A stretch of 64,000 nucleotides of DNA from Candidatus Micrarchaeota archaeon (GCA_043821365.1 JBDRCX010000002.1:142875-206874), one strand, 5' to 3'. Positions 1 to 9,166 are shown, counted from the first letter of the stretch. The notes: generated by a model from the letters alone, not told the origin. Program-made: numbers and translations.

Positions 1-1
1 G

Positions 2-97
2 AAAGCAGGTAAATCTCATGTTAATGACATTCTACATACAATTCACATTCACCCTTCATTGAGTGAAGTTGTACAAAGAGGAGCTGGATCAGTTTAA
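2..97 (+). CDS. C-terminal fragment of a class I flavoprotein disulfide reductase (dihydrolipoamide dehydrogenase-like), truncated by window start
   Basis: Manual translation from base 2: KAGKSHVNDILHTIHIHPSLSEVVQRGAGSV*; HPxxxE active-site motif of the LpdA/glutathione/mercuric reductase interface domain; not in ORF track. Confidence 0.7.
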   Translation, partial: KAGKSHVNDILHTIHIHPSLSEVVQRGAGSV

Positions 98-1341
98 TTT
101 CTTTTATGTATTATTGAATTTAACAATGGCAGTTCACTTACAGTGATGTAAGTTGCATCTGCTGCTTTTCTTATTTCATCTATTGGTACTAAATCTGCAA
201 ATACCCTCCCAGTTGCCCTTACTGATTCATAATCGAGTACGTTTCCTGCACTGTGTTTTAATTCTCCGGGAGTTAGATCAAGTATTTTTGGTAGATCCTT
301 TACTTCGCATATCCCAGCTCCTAAAAGTACTAACCTTACTACTTCTCTTGCGGCATTGCTATGTTCATTATTAAGATCCATATTATATCCAAATATCATA
401 GCTAGGCTCATTGTTCCTGGACCATATGCAATCTGACTGAGCATTGCAAATGCTTCATCCATCATACTATGAAAATTTAATCCATCTAAAAGATGGTGGG
501 TTTTTTCGTGAACTGCTATTGTTTGTAATTGTGCATTTGTAATATTAACAAACCAAAGATCCGGATCATGGTGTGCGTGTTCCATAATTGCCTGATAAAA
601 CAATTTCCCGCCGAGTATCCCTATTAATCCTTTGCGAAGTTGATTTACAAGTTGCGGATTTTGTGATGCTTCAATTAACGATCTCCTATCAATATCCTCA
701 GATCCAATGCGCTGTGACCTTTCATGGCTATCTCCTATACTATCTACAACCGATGTAGTCAGACCAACAGCTCTCGAAACATCTAAAAGTATTAATGGTT
801 CGCATTCTCCTTCACGGGAGTAACACTCACCCATATTTCCAGATCCTATATCAACATAACGAACATACGCATATAATCTAGTATCACCGATTGTTTTTGC
901 TTCATTTATAACAGGGCCAACAGAACCTTTACCATCTCCTATTGCTATTCCATTCCTTGCAAACGTCCTATGTATTCTAGTGAGTTCTCTTCCAGTTATT
1001 CTTAGCCCAAGATAATTGTCTGTTCCTCTCATTTGCATTATGGCATTCTCTATTTCGTTTGCTGTTCCTCTGTCTCCACATCTGCTTGCTAACAATGCAA
1101 CAGCTTCAAGATTTGAGATTGTGTCTAATACCCCGTTACTTACTATTTTTGTTCTATCTCGCATTAGTTCAAACCCAGAACTTCTTGTCAATGCACCTGT
1201 AAATGTTTGTTTTACTTTTGAGAATGCAATTGCAGCAGGCATCATAGCAGATTGGTATGGGGACATGTGTCCTGCTAAGTCTTGGGGTACATAGCATTTT
1301 CTATTTGTTTCTAACCTATTTCTAAGTCTATTAACTGACAT
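94..1341 (-). CDS. Hypothetical protein with gluzincin-like metallopeptidase motif
   Basis: 415 aa ORF with SD AAGGAGGG upstream; AVHEKTHH (HExxH) followed by DEAFAML as possible third Zn ligand. Confidence 0.55.
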   Translation of the reverse strand: MSVNRLRNRLETNRKCYVPQDLAGHMSPYQSAMMPAAIAFSKVKQTFTGALTRSSGFELMRDRTKIVSNGVLDTISNLEAVALLASRCGDRGTANEIENAIMQMRGTDNYLGLRITGRELTRIHRTFARNGIAIGDGKGSVGPVINEAKTIGDTRLYAYVRYVDIGSGNMGECYSREGECEPLILLDVSRAVGLTTSVVDSIGDSHERSQRIGSEDIDRRSLIEASQNPQLVNQLRKGLIGILGGKLFYQAIMEHAHHDPDLWFVNITNAQLQTIAVHEKTHHLLDGLNFHSMMDEAFAMLSQIAYGPGTMSLAMIFGYNMDLNNEHSNAAREVVRLVLLGAGICEVKDLPKILDLTPGELKHSAGNVLDYESVRATGRVFADLVPIDEIRKAADATYITVSELPLLNSIIHKRN

Positions 1342-1432
1342 TTGCGTGACTAGCCCTCCTTATAATCTGATAATTAGTATGTTACAGTTTAAATATTTTT
1401 ATGTTGTACGATTTGGCTATTTTTAAAAAGTG

Positions 1433-1549
1433 TCCCGTCAGCCTGATTTGAACAAGCAACCTGTCGGTATCTACTGGTGTAGATAATTCTCGAAAAAACC
1501 GAGTAAATCAAAGCTACAGCCGACCGCTCTACCGTTGAGCTATGACGGG
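1433..1549 (-). tRNA. tRNA-Tyr(GUA) with 45-nt canonical intron (1469-1513)
   Basis: Reverse complement folds as cloverleaf: acceptor CCCGTCA/TGACGGG+A73, D-arm GCTC/GAGC, anticodon stem GTCGG/CCGAC with CT-GTA-G, T-arm GCTTG-TTCAAAT-CAGGC; intron at 37/38 with CUGU/GUAG central helix; 72-nt spliced product, CCA not encoded. Confidence 0.95.
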
Positions 1550-1598
1550 ATGAGAAAGAAAAATACTGGGAAGTTTTTATAAAGATACCTTAAGACAG

Positions 1599-3206
1599 TT
1601 ACTTTTCTATGAACACCGGAGTAATGCTTAATGGTACTGAATTTGCTGATTTTTGATCTGGATTCTTTATCATCGGACTATTTCCATTCATCTCTGTTAC
1701 TATGTATGTTATCTCAACAGTTCCACTTCCAAGATAACTGCTTAAATCTGTTTCTACTTCACTTTCGTTAAAGTTCCATGCAACATAAACTTCTGTTCCA
1801 TTTACATCAAATTCAAACAATCTTGTGTTATTAAAACTAAGATCATCAACATCCCCAATTGTAAAGTCTCCTAGTTTTTCTCTCATTATTTTATAAGTAT
1901 AATAATTTGGTTTTGTGTCTCTTAGTGCCATGTGATACCAAGGTCCTGTCCAGTAACCCCCACCTTGATTTCCACCTATCCCCCAATGCTGTCTTTCAAG
2001 ACCCATCGCAGCACTCATAGCATGGAATTTCACTACATATTCAGCATCTTCTTTGTCTGTAGCTGTACCAAAATATGAATCTCCTGCAGGATCATCCGGT
2101 CTGTCAGCAGGATTCTTGAATGCTCCTCCTCCTTCTATGCACCATATTGGTTTTTCATAACCATATTTTTTCATCGTGTCTTTTACATATTCGATTTCCC
2201 CTTCCATGAATGTTTCCTTCTCAACATAAAGATGAAGATCAACAATGTCAAAATAATCTTTCCCATCTCTAAGTATCTTTTCCCAGCTTTCTTTTCCATT
2301 TTGCAATGCTGTACTATTATTTAGTTGTCCTCTTGTAAATTTGATTCCTTTCCACACCCCAGCATCAGGATCATCTATGTATCCCTCAGAGTAAGCATAA
2401 AGTCTCCCAAAATTAGGCATATATAGTCCAGGAATCATAATCTTTGCATCAGGATTTGCCTGCTTTATGGAAGGTGAGAGTTTCTTTAAAAATGCAAGGT
2501 ATTCATCAGGATCTTCGGCATGCCATTCCTCAACAATGTGGTGAACTCTTACTGAGTATTTTAGACCTGGCATATCGTCAATCCCATCACCATCATAACG
2601 TTCAGCGCATGCATTCACAAAATTAACAAGATATGGCATTTTCTCATCATTCGGATCAAGTGGATCTATAGTAAGGCCATAGGTTTCTGGACCATTATAC
2701 TCTCTGTTAAATGCTATGAAAGCATCACCAATATTTCCTGATCCTCTTTCCTGCATTATTTCAAGTATTTTTCCTGCGACCTGAGCTCTTACTGCAGGAT
2801 CAAAACTATTGTAAAGATAGGAATGTACAATCGTAATATCAGCGTCTATCTCCTGTAGCCATTTTACTTCTTCATCTAGTTTAGACCAGTCATATACTCC
2901 AGGTTCTTTTTCTATTTGGAACCAAATCGCATGTGGCTGTAGGGAAGCCCAAGACATACCCAAATCTTTCACATAACTCGTTTCATCTTTGCTTATTATG
3001 CTCCATCCAAAGAACATATTCTTGTTGTCGAATGGATATGGTTTTACTGTTGTATTCGTAATTTGACTTAAATTTTGTGTAGTGTTATTTGTTGAAATTT
3101 GGTTTGAAATATTGACTCCAGTTTGTTGGTTTCTCCCTCCGCACCCTGCCATAAGCAGATTCAACAAAACAAGCGCAATAATCAGCGCTCCAAACTGCCT
3201 TGCCAT
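1599..3206 (-). CDS. Secreted lipoprotein, clan GH-A glycoside hydrolase-like (GH39/GH5-like)
   Basis: Lipobox-like LLMAGC, N/T-rich linker, WFQIEKEPGVYDWSKLD, ERYDGDGIDDMPG, HIVEEW (acid/base position), KPIWCIEGG (nucleophile position), C-terminal beta-sandwich. Confidence 0.7.
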   Translation of the reverse strand: MARQFGALIIALVLLNLLMAGCGGRNQQTGVNISNQISTNNTTQNLSQITNTTVKPYPFDNKNMFFGWSIISKDETSYVKDLGMSWASLQPHAIWFQIEKEPGVYDWSKLDEEVKWLQEIDADITIVHSYLYNSFDPAVRAQVAGKILEIMQERGSGNIGDAFIAFNREYNGPETYGLTIDPLDPNDEKMPYLVNFVNACAERYDGDGIDDMPGLKYSVRVHHIVEEWHAEDPDEYLAFLKKLSPSIKQANPDAKIMIPGLYMPNFGRLYAYSEGYIDDPDAGVWKGIKFTRGQLNNSTALQNGKESWEKILRDGKDYFDIVDLHLYVEKETFMEGEIEYVKDTMKKYGYEKPIWCIEGGGAFKNPADRPDDPAGDSYFGTATDKEDAEYVVKFHAMSAAMGLERQHWGIGGNQGGGYWTGPWYHMALRDTKPNYYTYKIMREKLGDFTIGDVDDLSFNNTRLFEFDVNGTEVYVAWNFNESEVETDLSSYLGSGTVEITYIVTEMNGNSPMIKNPDQKSANSVPLSITPVFIEK

Positions 3207-3308
3207 ATATCAATTATAAACCACTACATTATTTAATGATTAAAATGAGTTTTTCCTCACCTTCATATTCTAGAAATGTTTATAATATCTTGAAATCTAT
3301 TACTTATT

Positions 3309-4070
3309 ATGACTGAAAGAATGGTTGAACCAGAACGTGATCAAACTCAAACAAGCAGACGACTTTCTGTAGCTAATGATTTTGTAAGGCTTGCCATAAA
3401 TATGATTCCAGAATTGAACAAAACTGGAAAAGTAAGCGCTGACGATATAAATTGTGTTACCCTATTCCAGTATGTTGCAAGGCACATGGAAGTTACTGCA
3501 TTTTATCATATGAGGCGCCTTGCAGGTCAACCAACAGAGACACTATCCGATATTGCTGGAGTTAGTAGAACCACCAAGTTTGATTTGGATGATGCAAATC
3601 TTAGAACTGGTGATAGAAAATTTTATATTTTCAGAGGCAATGATCTTGATGGAATAAAAAAAGCAGTTGAAACACACGGTTCTGGTCTTGTGATATTTTT
3701 TGGACAGCGTTTTGGTCCAGAAGATGCACGCGAGCGTGCCGAATCAGAAATTAGTATAGTTGATGGTGACAAAACCTATGTTGCTGCCCATGTGGCATTT
3801 GCAATGAGTCCAGAATATTTGCATCTCATATTAGAAGATGAACACTGTAGGGTTAATTTTCAGGAGGGTAGTTCAACTTCTCAAAAAATAGGGTATAAAC
3901 CTGCCAGTGAAGGTGGATTTGCTTTAATACAGGCCCACACAGGTGATAGTGCAGCGACCATAGATGATCTTGATTATTATACAAGCAGGACCTTTGGAAG
4001 GTCTGCTTTAATCTTCATCCCTTCTGAGGAACTTGTTTCTGAGAACCAGACTGTGCTTGCGCAGCGTTAG
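3309..4070 (+). CDS. Hypothetical protein, possible papain-like/NlpC-P60 superfamily (DUF1460-like) Cys-His enzyme
   Basis: 253 aa ORF; DINCVTLFQYV, AHVAFAM and LIQAH mimic the C...H...polar triad spacing of NlpC/P60-superfamily amidases. Confidence 0.45.
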   Translation: MTERMVEPERDQTQTSRRLSVANDFVRLAINMIPELNKTGKVSADDINCVTLFQYVARHMEVTAFYHMRRLAGQPTETLSDIAGVSRTTKFDLDDANLRTGDRKFYIFRGNDLDGIKKAVETHGSGLVIFFGQRFGPEDARERAESEISIVDGDKTYVAAHVAFAMSPEYLHLILEDEHCRVNFQEGSSTSQKIGYKPASEGGFALIQAHTGDSAATIDDLDYYTSRTFGRSALIFIPSEELVSENQTVLAQR

Positions 4071-4800
4071 TTATGACTGCAAAACCATCATAACCAACTC
4101 TCGTAAAAAAATCTACTAGGTATTCTTCAGTAACTACTTTTCTAACAGTTTCATCGGGGAATGGATTTGCATGAATAACATATCCATTTCCAGTTGATAT
4201 TGCAGTGTGGTAAACCCAGTAATTAGTTCCTGGTAATGGAGCATCACTAGTGGAGGAATCTGCATATAAAAAGAAAATATAATCTCCTTCGTTGAGTGCT
4301 GCATTTACTCTAGCAGGATCTCTTAAGTATTCTTCAGTGTTATATACCGCACTAATTCCACCAAGTTGTTTGGCTAATTTAGTTGGCATACCACTTAGTT
4401 TTCTCCAATTGGTTCCAAATACCTCAGCATGTGCTAGGAACAACACCCCCAAACAATCAATTTCTTCGTGGCTTCTGCCTCCCCATCCATATTTCACGCC
4501 CAAATATCCTCTTGCAGCCAAAACTGTTGGGTTTGTTGTTTCTAGGGTTGGTGGTCTTACAAGTTCTGGTTCTTCTTTTGAAATTTCCACTATTGGTTGT
4601 TCTATCTTAACTTCATGCGTCAAAGTCTCTGGAGTTGGTGGTTTAGTTTTTTCTGTTTTAGGTGCGCATCCTACTAATATGGCAACGCTGGCAAGTGGTA
4701 GGATTGGGAGTGCTAGTTTTTCAAGAATTGGCCTGGGTTGTTTCCAAGTTCTGGTTTGTGTTCTTTGATTTTCTTCCCTTCTTAATCTCAATATCTTCAA
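4015..4800 (-). CDS. NlpC/P60 (C40) family peptidase lipoprotein
   Basis: Lipobox AILVGC, P/T/E-rich linker, AARGYLGVKYGWGG, IDCLG (Cys), YHTAI (His), GNGYVIHAN (His). Confidence 0.85.
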   Translation of the reverse strand: MKILRLRREENQRTQTRTWKQPRPILEKLALPILPLASVAILVGCAPKTEKTKPPTPETLTHEVKIEQPIVEISKEEPELVRPPTLETTNPTVLAARGYLGVKYGWGGRSHEEIDCLGVLFLAHAEVFGTNWRKLSGMPTKLAKQLGGISAVYNTEEYLRDPARVNAALNEGDYIFFLYADSSTSDAPLPGTNYWVYHTAISTGNGYVIHANPFPDETVRKVVTEEYLVDFFTRVGYDGFAVITNAAQAQSGSQKQVPQKG

Positions 4801-4900
4801 CCCTTTCTAGATGTGTTGATAAATAGTATAATATGTTGGGAATTTAAATGTTTATTTTTTATCTAATTCCAGTTTTAATCTTTCTATACAATATCGTTTC

Positions 4901-5305
4901 ATGGATTTCATGGCAACAATACTACAAAATTCAAAAACAATCGCAGTTGTTGGTCTTTCAGATAAAAAAGACCGTCCAAGTTTTGTTGTTGCTAGTTATC
5001 TTCTTGCAAAAGGCTATGTGATTTTTCCAGTAAATCCAAATCTCAGTGACTGGCGTGGAATTAAAGCATACAAATCACTTTCAGAAATTAAAGAAAAAAT
5101 AGACATTGTTGATATTTTTAGAAAAAGTGAAGATGTGCTGCCAATTGTTCAAGAAGCAATTTCATTAAATCCAAAACCACAAACAATATGGATGCAATTA
5201 AGTGTGATTAATGAAGAAGCAGCTAAAATTGCCAGAAATGCTGGATTGAATGTAATCATGGACAAATGCATAAAGATTGAACATTCATTGCAAGCTTCCC
5301 AATAA
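4901..5305 (+). CDS. CoA-binding protein (YccU-like)
   Basis: KTIAVVGLSDKKDRPS, IFPVNP, IDIVDIFRKSE, IWMQL, VIMDKCIKIEH. Confidence 0.9.
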   Translation: MDFMATILQNSKTIAVVGLSDKKDRPSFVVASYLLAKGYVIFPVNPNLSDWRGIKAYKSLSEIKEKIDIVDIFRKSEDVLPIVQEAISLNPKPQTIWMQLSVINEEAAKIARNAGLNVIMDKCIKIEHSLQASQ

Positions 5306-6847
5306 CATTTTTCTCATTTCTACAGGTTCTACTTGTTTTATTGCTTTTAATGTAGCATCAATTGCACTTTCACTGTCAGCATAAATGGTAAATAATTTAT
5401 CTCCAATCTCTACTCTATCTCCTCTTACTCTATGTAAAAACACACCTGCTCCTTTGTCTCTAGGAGAGCCTGCAATCCTTGCTATTTTTGCTATTGTTTT
5501 GTTGTCTATGTGGAATATGCTTCCTGCTACTTTTGATGTGATTGTGTGGGTATATGCACCAATTCGAATATCTGATGTTTTTACTTTTGGATTGCCACCC
5601 TGGAGTTCAACAATCTCTCTAAATTTGGCAAGTGCCTTTCCATTTTTAAGTGCAGTCTCAGCTACTTTGTAACCCCGACCTCTATCAACATTACCGCATA
5701 ATTCAATTAATTTTCCTGCCAGAAGTAAACTCTTATGTCTTAGGTCATCAGGACCTTTTCCTTCAAGAACATCTAGAACATCAATACATTCAAGAGCTGG
5801 TCCAACTCCATTTCCAACTGGTTCTGCTCCATCTGTTATTACTGATTCTATCTTTATCCCGAGTCTTTCGCCAACATCAATGAAATGTTTTGCTAATTCG
5901 TTTCCGCGTTCCATATATGGTACTTTTACTCCCCTTCCAACTGGTATGTCTATTATTGTGTATTCTGCACCAACACTCTTCTTCTTACCTAGAATACTTG
6001 CAAGAAGCATACCTTCTGGATCAAGACTCAGAGGATGTCTAACTCGTATTAATTTATCATCAACAGGTGCAAGTCTCATTCCCCCTCCCCATACAATTGC
6101 ACCTTTTGCTTTCAATACCATGGAGCGGAGCTCATCCATATTAAATGTAACGTCGGCAAGAACTTCCATAGTATCTGCAGTTCCTGAAGCTGAAGTAATT
6201 GATCGTGATGATGTCTTTGGCATGTATAATCCAAGTGAAGTTATTATGGGTACAACAATCATTGTTGTTCTGTTTCCTGCAACTCCACCAATACAATGTT
6301 TATCAAGAATAGGGTGTTTACCTAAATTCAATTGATCTCCTGATTCTACTGTTGCTTCAGCTAATGAAATTATTTCATCATCAGTGAAACCATTTATGTA
6401 TGCTGCAGCAATCCATGCAGATGTTTCAATCTCACTTAATTTGTCTTGCATTATCTCTTTGACAATCGTTCTTATCTCATGTGAATTCAAAGGTATATTA
6501 TCTAATTTTTTCTTTATATAAGATGTTGATTCTGGTCTGTCCATGTGAACTATTTCGACCAAGTCTCCTTTCTTTAACTTGTGCCAATTAGTAAGATCCC
6601 TGAAAATCCCAACCTCTCCGGGTTCAACTATCTCGTCACTTACATCCACTATCGTTATTATGCCTTTTCCATCGTGTTTTAGCTCTGTTCTGTATCCCCA
6701 ATACATATCATGCTCTTGGGCCTCTGTTTTGTTCAGTACAATGATATTTTTACCAGTAAATATATCTATTGGTTTTACTTTACATACGTACTTTTTCAGT
6801 TTCCAAACATCAACTTTTTTTGTTTCGCTTTCTACATATTCTGCCAT
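5285..6847 (-). CDS. deoA: AMP phosphorylase (thymidine phosphorylase family)
   Basis: DKHCIGGVAGNRTT, PKTSSRSITSASGTAD, APVDDKLI, ASILGKKKSVG plus N-terminal archaeal AMPpase domain; ATG at 6847 preferred over TTG at 6856. Confidence 0.93.
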   Translation of the reverse strand: MAEYVESETKKVDVWKLKKYVCKVKPIDIFTGKNIIVLNKTEAQEHDMYWGYRTELKHDGKGIITIVDVSDEIVEPGEVGIFRDLTNWHKLKKGDLVEIVHMDRPESTSYIKKKLDNIPLNSHEIRTIVKEIMQDKLSEIETSAWIAAAYINGFTDDEIISLAEATVESGDQLNLGKHPILDKHCIGGVAGNRTTMIVVPIITSLGLYMPKTSSRSITSASGTADTMEVLADVTFNMDELRSMVLKAKGAIVWGGGMRLAPVDDKLIRVRHPLSLDPEGMLLASILGKKKSVGAEYTIIDIPVGRGVKVPYMERGNELAKHFIDVGERLGIKIESVITDGAEPVGNGVGPALECIDVLDVLEGKGPDDLRHKSLLLAGKLIELCGNVDRGRGYKVAETALKNGKALAKFREIVELQGGNPKVKTSDIRIGAYTHTITSKVAGSIFHIDNKTIAKIARIAGSPRDKGAGVFLHRVRGDRVEIGDKLFTIYADSESAIDATLKAIKQVEPVEMRKMLLGSLQ

Positions 6848-6857
6848 CAAAATCATC

Positions 6858-7778
6858 TCATTCGTATAATCTTATTCCTAGTTTTTGAGTTGCCATTGTA
6901 AAAAATGATTGTGGGGGTATAACTCCTAATTCAGTTATATACCCATTAATGTATTTTGACGATGTTGCCTCAAATGCCGGGTTCTTTATCTTTACTCTCT
7001 TTGGTGCTCTATCCCAAACTTCTTTATGGTCCCTTTCCTCTATTTTTTCTCTAGTTCCAAATATTGTCATTGGACTGTATTTTGATAGTTCGGCTGCACT
7101 ATAGAAAGAAACATCATTTGTTTTTGCAATGTGTGCTAGTGTTGCAGTGCCTATTTTATTTATCAAATCCCCTCTTGAAGTTATCGAGTCAGCACCAACT
7201 ATCACAATATCTGCTTTTTTCATGAAAAGATGCATTGCACCATCAACTGCCAAAGTAACATCTATGCCTGCTTTGGCCAATTCTGCTGCTGTAACCCTCC
7301 CTTGATATCTTGGTCTCGTTTCAAATGCAACAACTTTGAATTTTTTCCTCATTTTTTTAGCCTGAATTAATATCCTTGTTGTAGTTGAAGAATGGCAGTG
7401 AGTTAATACTAATGCACCATCTGGTATTAGTTTTGCGCCGTACTCTGCCAGGTTTTTTGCATCAACTTCCATTTTTTTAACTACTTCTTTTTCATGCAAG
7501 ACCAGAAGTTTAACAAGTGATTGCACAGGTACTTTCTCTTTTTTTATTTTTTCTAAACCTTGGCTCAAAAGGTTGCGCATCATTGGTTCTGTTGGCCTAC
7601 TAAGAAAAAGTGCATCGACTGTTTTGTTCATTTCCTGGTAAAATGATGTTGGTGTTTTTGCCTTAGAATGTTTTGCAGCTATTGCCAATCCTTTAATTGC
7701 CATTTTTGCAACGTTTCTTGCTCCCTGGATTTTTAAGGATTTTATGTCGTCTATTATCCTTTTCACATCTCTATGCAT
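6858..7778 (-). CDS. Ribose-1,5-bisphosphate isomerase (eIF2B-like family)
   Basis: IQGARNVA, RPTEP, LTHCHSST (catalytic Cys), ETRPRYQG, GADSIT, NKIGT; immediately upstream of AMP phosphorylase. Confidence 0.88.
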   Translation of the reverse strand: MHRDVKRIIDDIKSLKIQGARNVAKMAIKGLAIAAKHSKAKTPTSFYQEMNKTVDALFLSRPTEPMMRNLLSQGLEKIKKEKVPVQSLVKLLVLHEKEVVKKMEVDAKNLAEYGAKLIPDGALVLTHCHSSTTTRILIQAKKMRKKFKVVAFETRPRYQGRVTAAELAKAGIDVTLAVDGAMHLFMKKADIVIVGADSITSRGDLINKIGTATLAHIAKTNDVSFYSAAELSKYSPMTIFGTREKIEERDHKEVWDRAPKRVKIKNPAFEATSSKYINGYITELGVIPPQSFFTMATQKLGIRLYE

Positions 7779-7811
7779 GTCTTACTAACAGATGCTAAGA
7801 ATAAATATGTT

Positions 7812-8105
7812 TCATTTTTTCTTTTTTAGAACTCCCTTTGCAATCTCATCTTCCATGAAAGCATAGGAAACTAGTTTTAATATGAAAAAACCAATGATGG
7901 CACCAATTGGTATTCCATAATAATATGGTTCTGGAGTTAGGAATACATTTCTACTTGGTGGAAACACTGTTTCTCCAGGGTAGAAACTCCAGTGTATGTC
8001 AAAAATAAGAATTGCAATAAATGAAATCAAGGCGCTAATGAAAATATAAATTACATCTGCAACTATCTCTTCTTTGCTTATTTTCTGCCGCTTCATGAAA
8101 TACAA
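7812..8105 (-). CDS. Small two-TM membrane protein
   Basis: Two hydrophobic segments; co-oriented within minus-strand run. Confidence 0.6.
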   Translation of the reverse strand: MYFMKRQKISKEEIVADVIYIFISALISFIAILIFDIHWSFYPGETVFPPSRNVFLTPEPYYYGIPIGAIIGFFILKLVSYAFMEDEIAKGVLKKKK

Positions 8106-8126
8106 ACTTCCTGTTTATTATTAATA

Positions 8127-8876
8127 CTAACGTGAAAAGTTCCAATCAGTGGATCGTATTCTCCTCATGACTATTTCCGCATCTTCAAGCTCTTTTTTGC
8201 TTAATTCTCCCGGTGTAACCTCTGTTTTGAATGCAGTTCCAAATCCTTTGATGACAGCATTTTTAGTTTCTTCAAATTCAATGTCTCTACCAAGAACACT
8301 CTTCACAGAGCATACGCGTTGTTTAACATCACTCACTAATTTATCTCTTATCTTTTCATTTGGCACTTTTAAAAGTGAGAACATTTTTTCAACATCAACA
8401 TCAAGAAGTAATGTTCCGTGTTGTAGAACTGATTTATGTCTTCTTGTTTGTGCGTTTCCAGATATTTTTTTCCCATTTGTTATTATATCATTTATTCCTG
8501 CGAATTGTGATTCTATGCCCAAGTTACTCAAACCACCAATCACACCTGCACATATTTGCTTATAGCTTTCCAAAATATCCTTACTCACAGTTCCACTGCT
8601 TTCAGTACATACAAAACTGTATGTCAGTTCTTTATCATGGAAAACAGCCCCCCCGCCAGTTATCCTTCTTATACAATCAATTCCAAGTGATTTGCATCGG
8701 TCTACATCGACTTCTGCATTCATGCTTTGAAAATAGCCTATGGTTACTGTTGGCGGTTCCCAAGAATATATGCTTAAAGTCGGTATGTTAGTTTTATGTG
8801 CATTAAGTGCTATTGCTTCATCCATTGCCATATTAACAAAACCAGAATTCCTACTTCTATCAAGTAGTCTTATCAT
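8127..8876 (-). CDS. lplA: Lipoate-protein ligase, catalytic (N-terminal) subunit
   Basis: NMAMDEAI, RRITGGGAVFHD, KKISGNAQ, QHGTLL. Confidence 0.92.
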   Translation of the reverse strand: MIRLLDRSRNSGFVNMAMDEAIALNAHKTNIPTLSIYSWEPPTVTIGYFQSMNAEVDVDRCKSLGIDCIRRITGGGAVFHDKELTYSFVCTESSGTVSKDILESYKQICAGVIGGLSNLGIESQFAGINDIITNGKKISGNAQTRRHKSVLQHGTLLLDVDVEKMFSLLKVPNEKIRDKLVSDVKQRVCSVKSVLGRDIEFEETKNAVIKGFGTAFKTEVTPGELSKKELEDAEIVMRRIRSTDWNFSR

Positions 8877-9166
8877 TCGCTCACCAACGCGTTACGAACT
8901 GCAAATGCAATACTTTTTGCATCAACTCCTATGAGTCTTGCTCCAGTTACGTTAATTGCAGTTTCTATTTTTTCCACAAGTTCATTTTCATCTGTTTGTT
9001 TATTACATTCGATTATTGATTTTTCAATTTCCATGATGCTTTCTTCAGGATGGATGAAAAAGTCTCCCGTGATATTAATTTTCTCTATTCGTTCCCCCTC
9101 TAATTCGGCAATCACCCGCAACATCTTACCATTTGGGATTTTGTAAATAAAAGTCTTAGATACCAT
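8873..9166 (-). CDS. lplB: Lipoate-protein ligase accessory (C-terminal domain) subunit
   Basis: KIPNGKMLRV, INITGDFFIHPEESIMEIE; overlaps lplA start; ATG at 9166 preferred. Confidence 0.85.
   Translation of the reverse strand: MVSKTFIYKIPNGKMLRVIAELEGERIEKINITGDFFIHPEESIMEIEKSIIECNKQTDENELVEKIETAINVTGARLIGVDAKSIAFAVRNALVSE

Noticed and set aside
4292-4768. 158-aa plus-strand ORF
   Set aside because: Antisense to the well-supported NlpC/P60 gene; no independent evidence.
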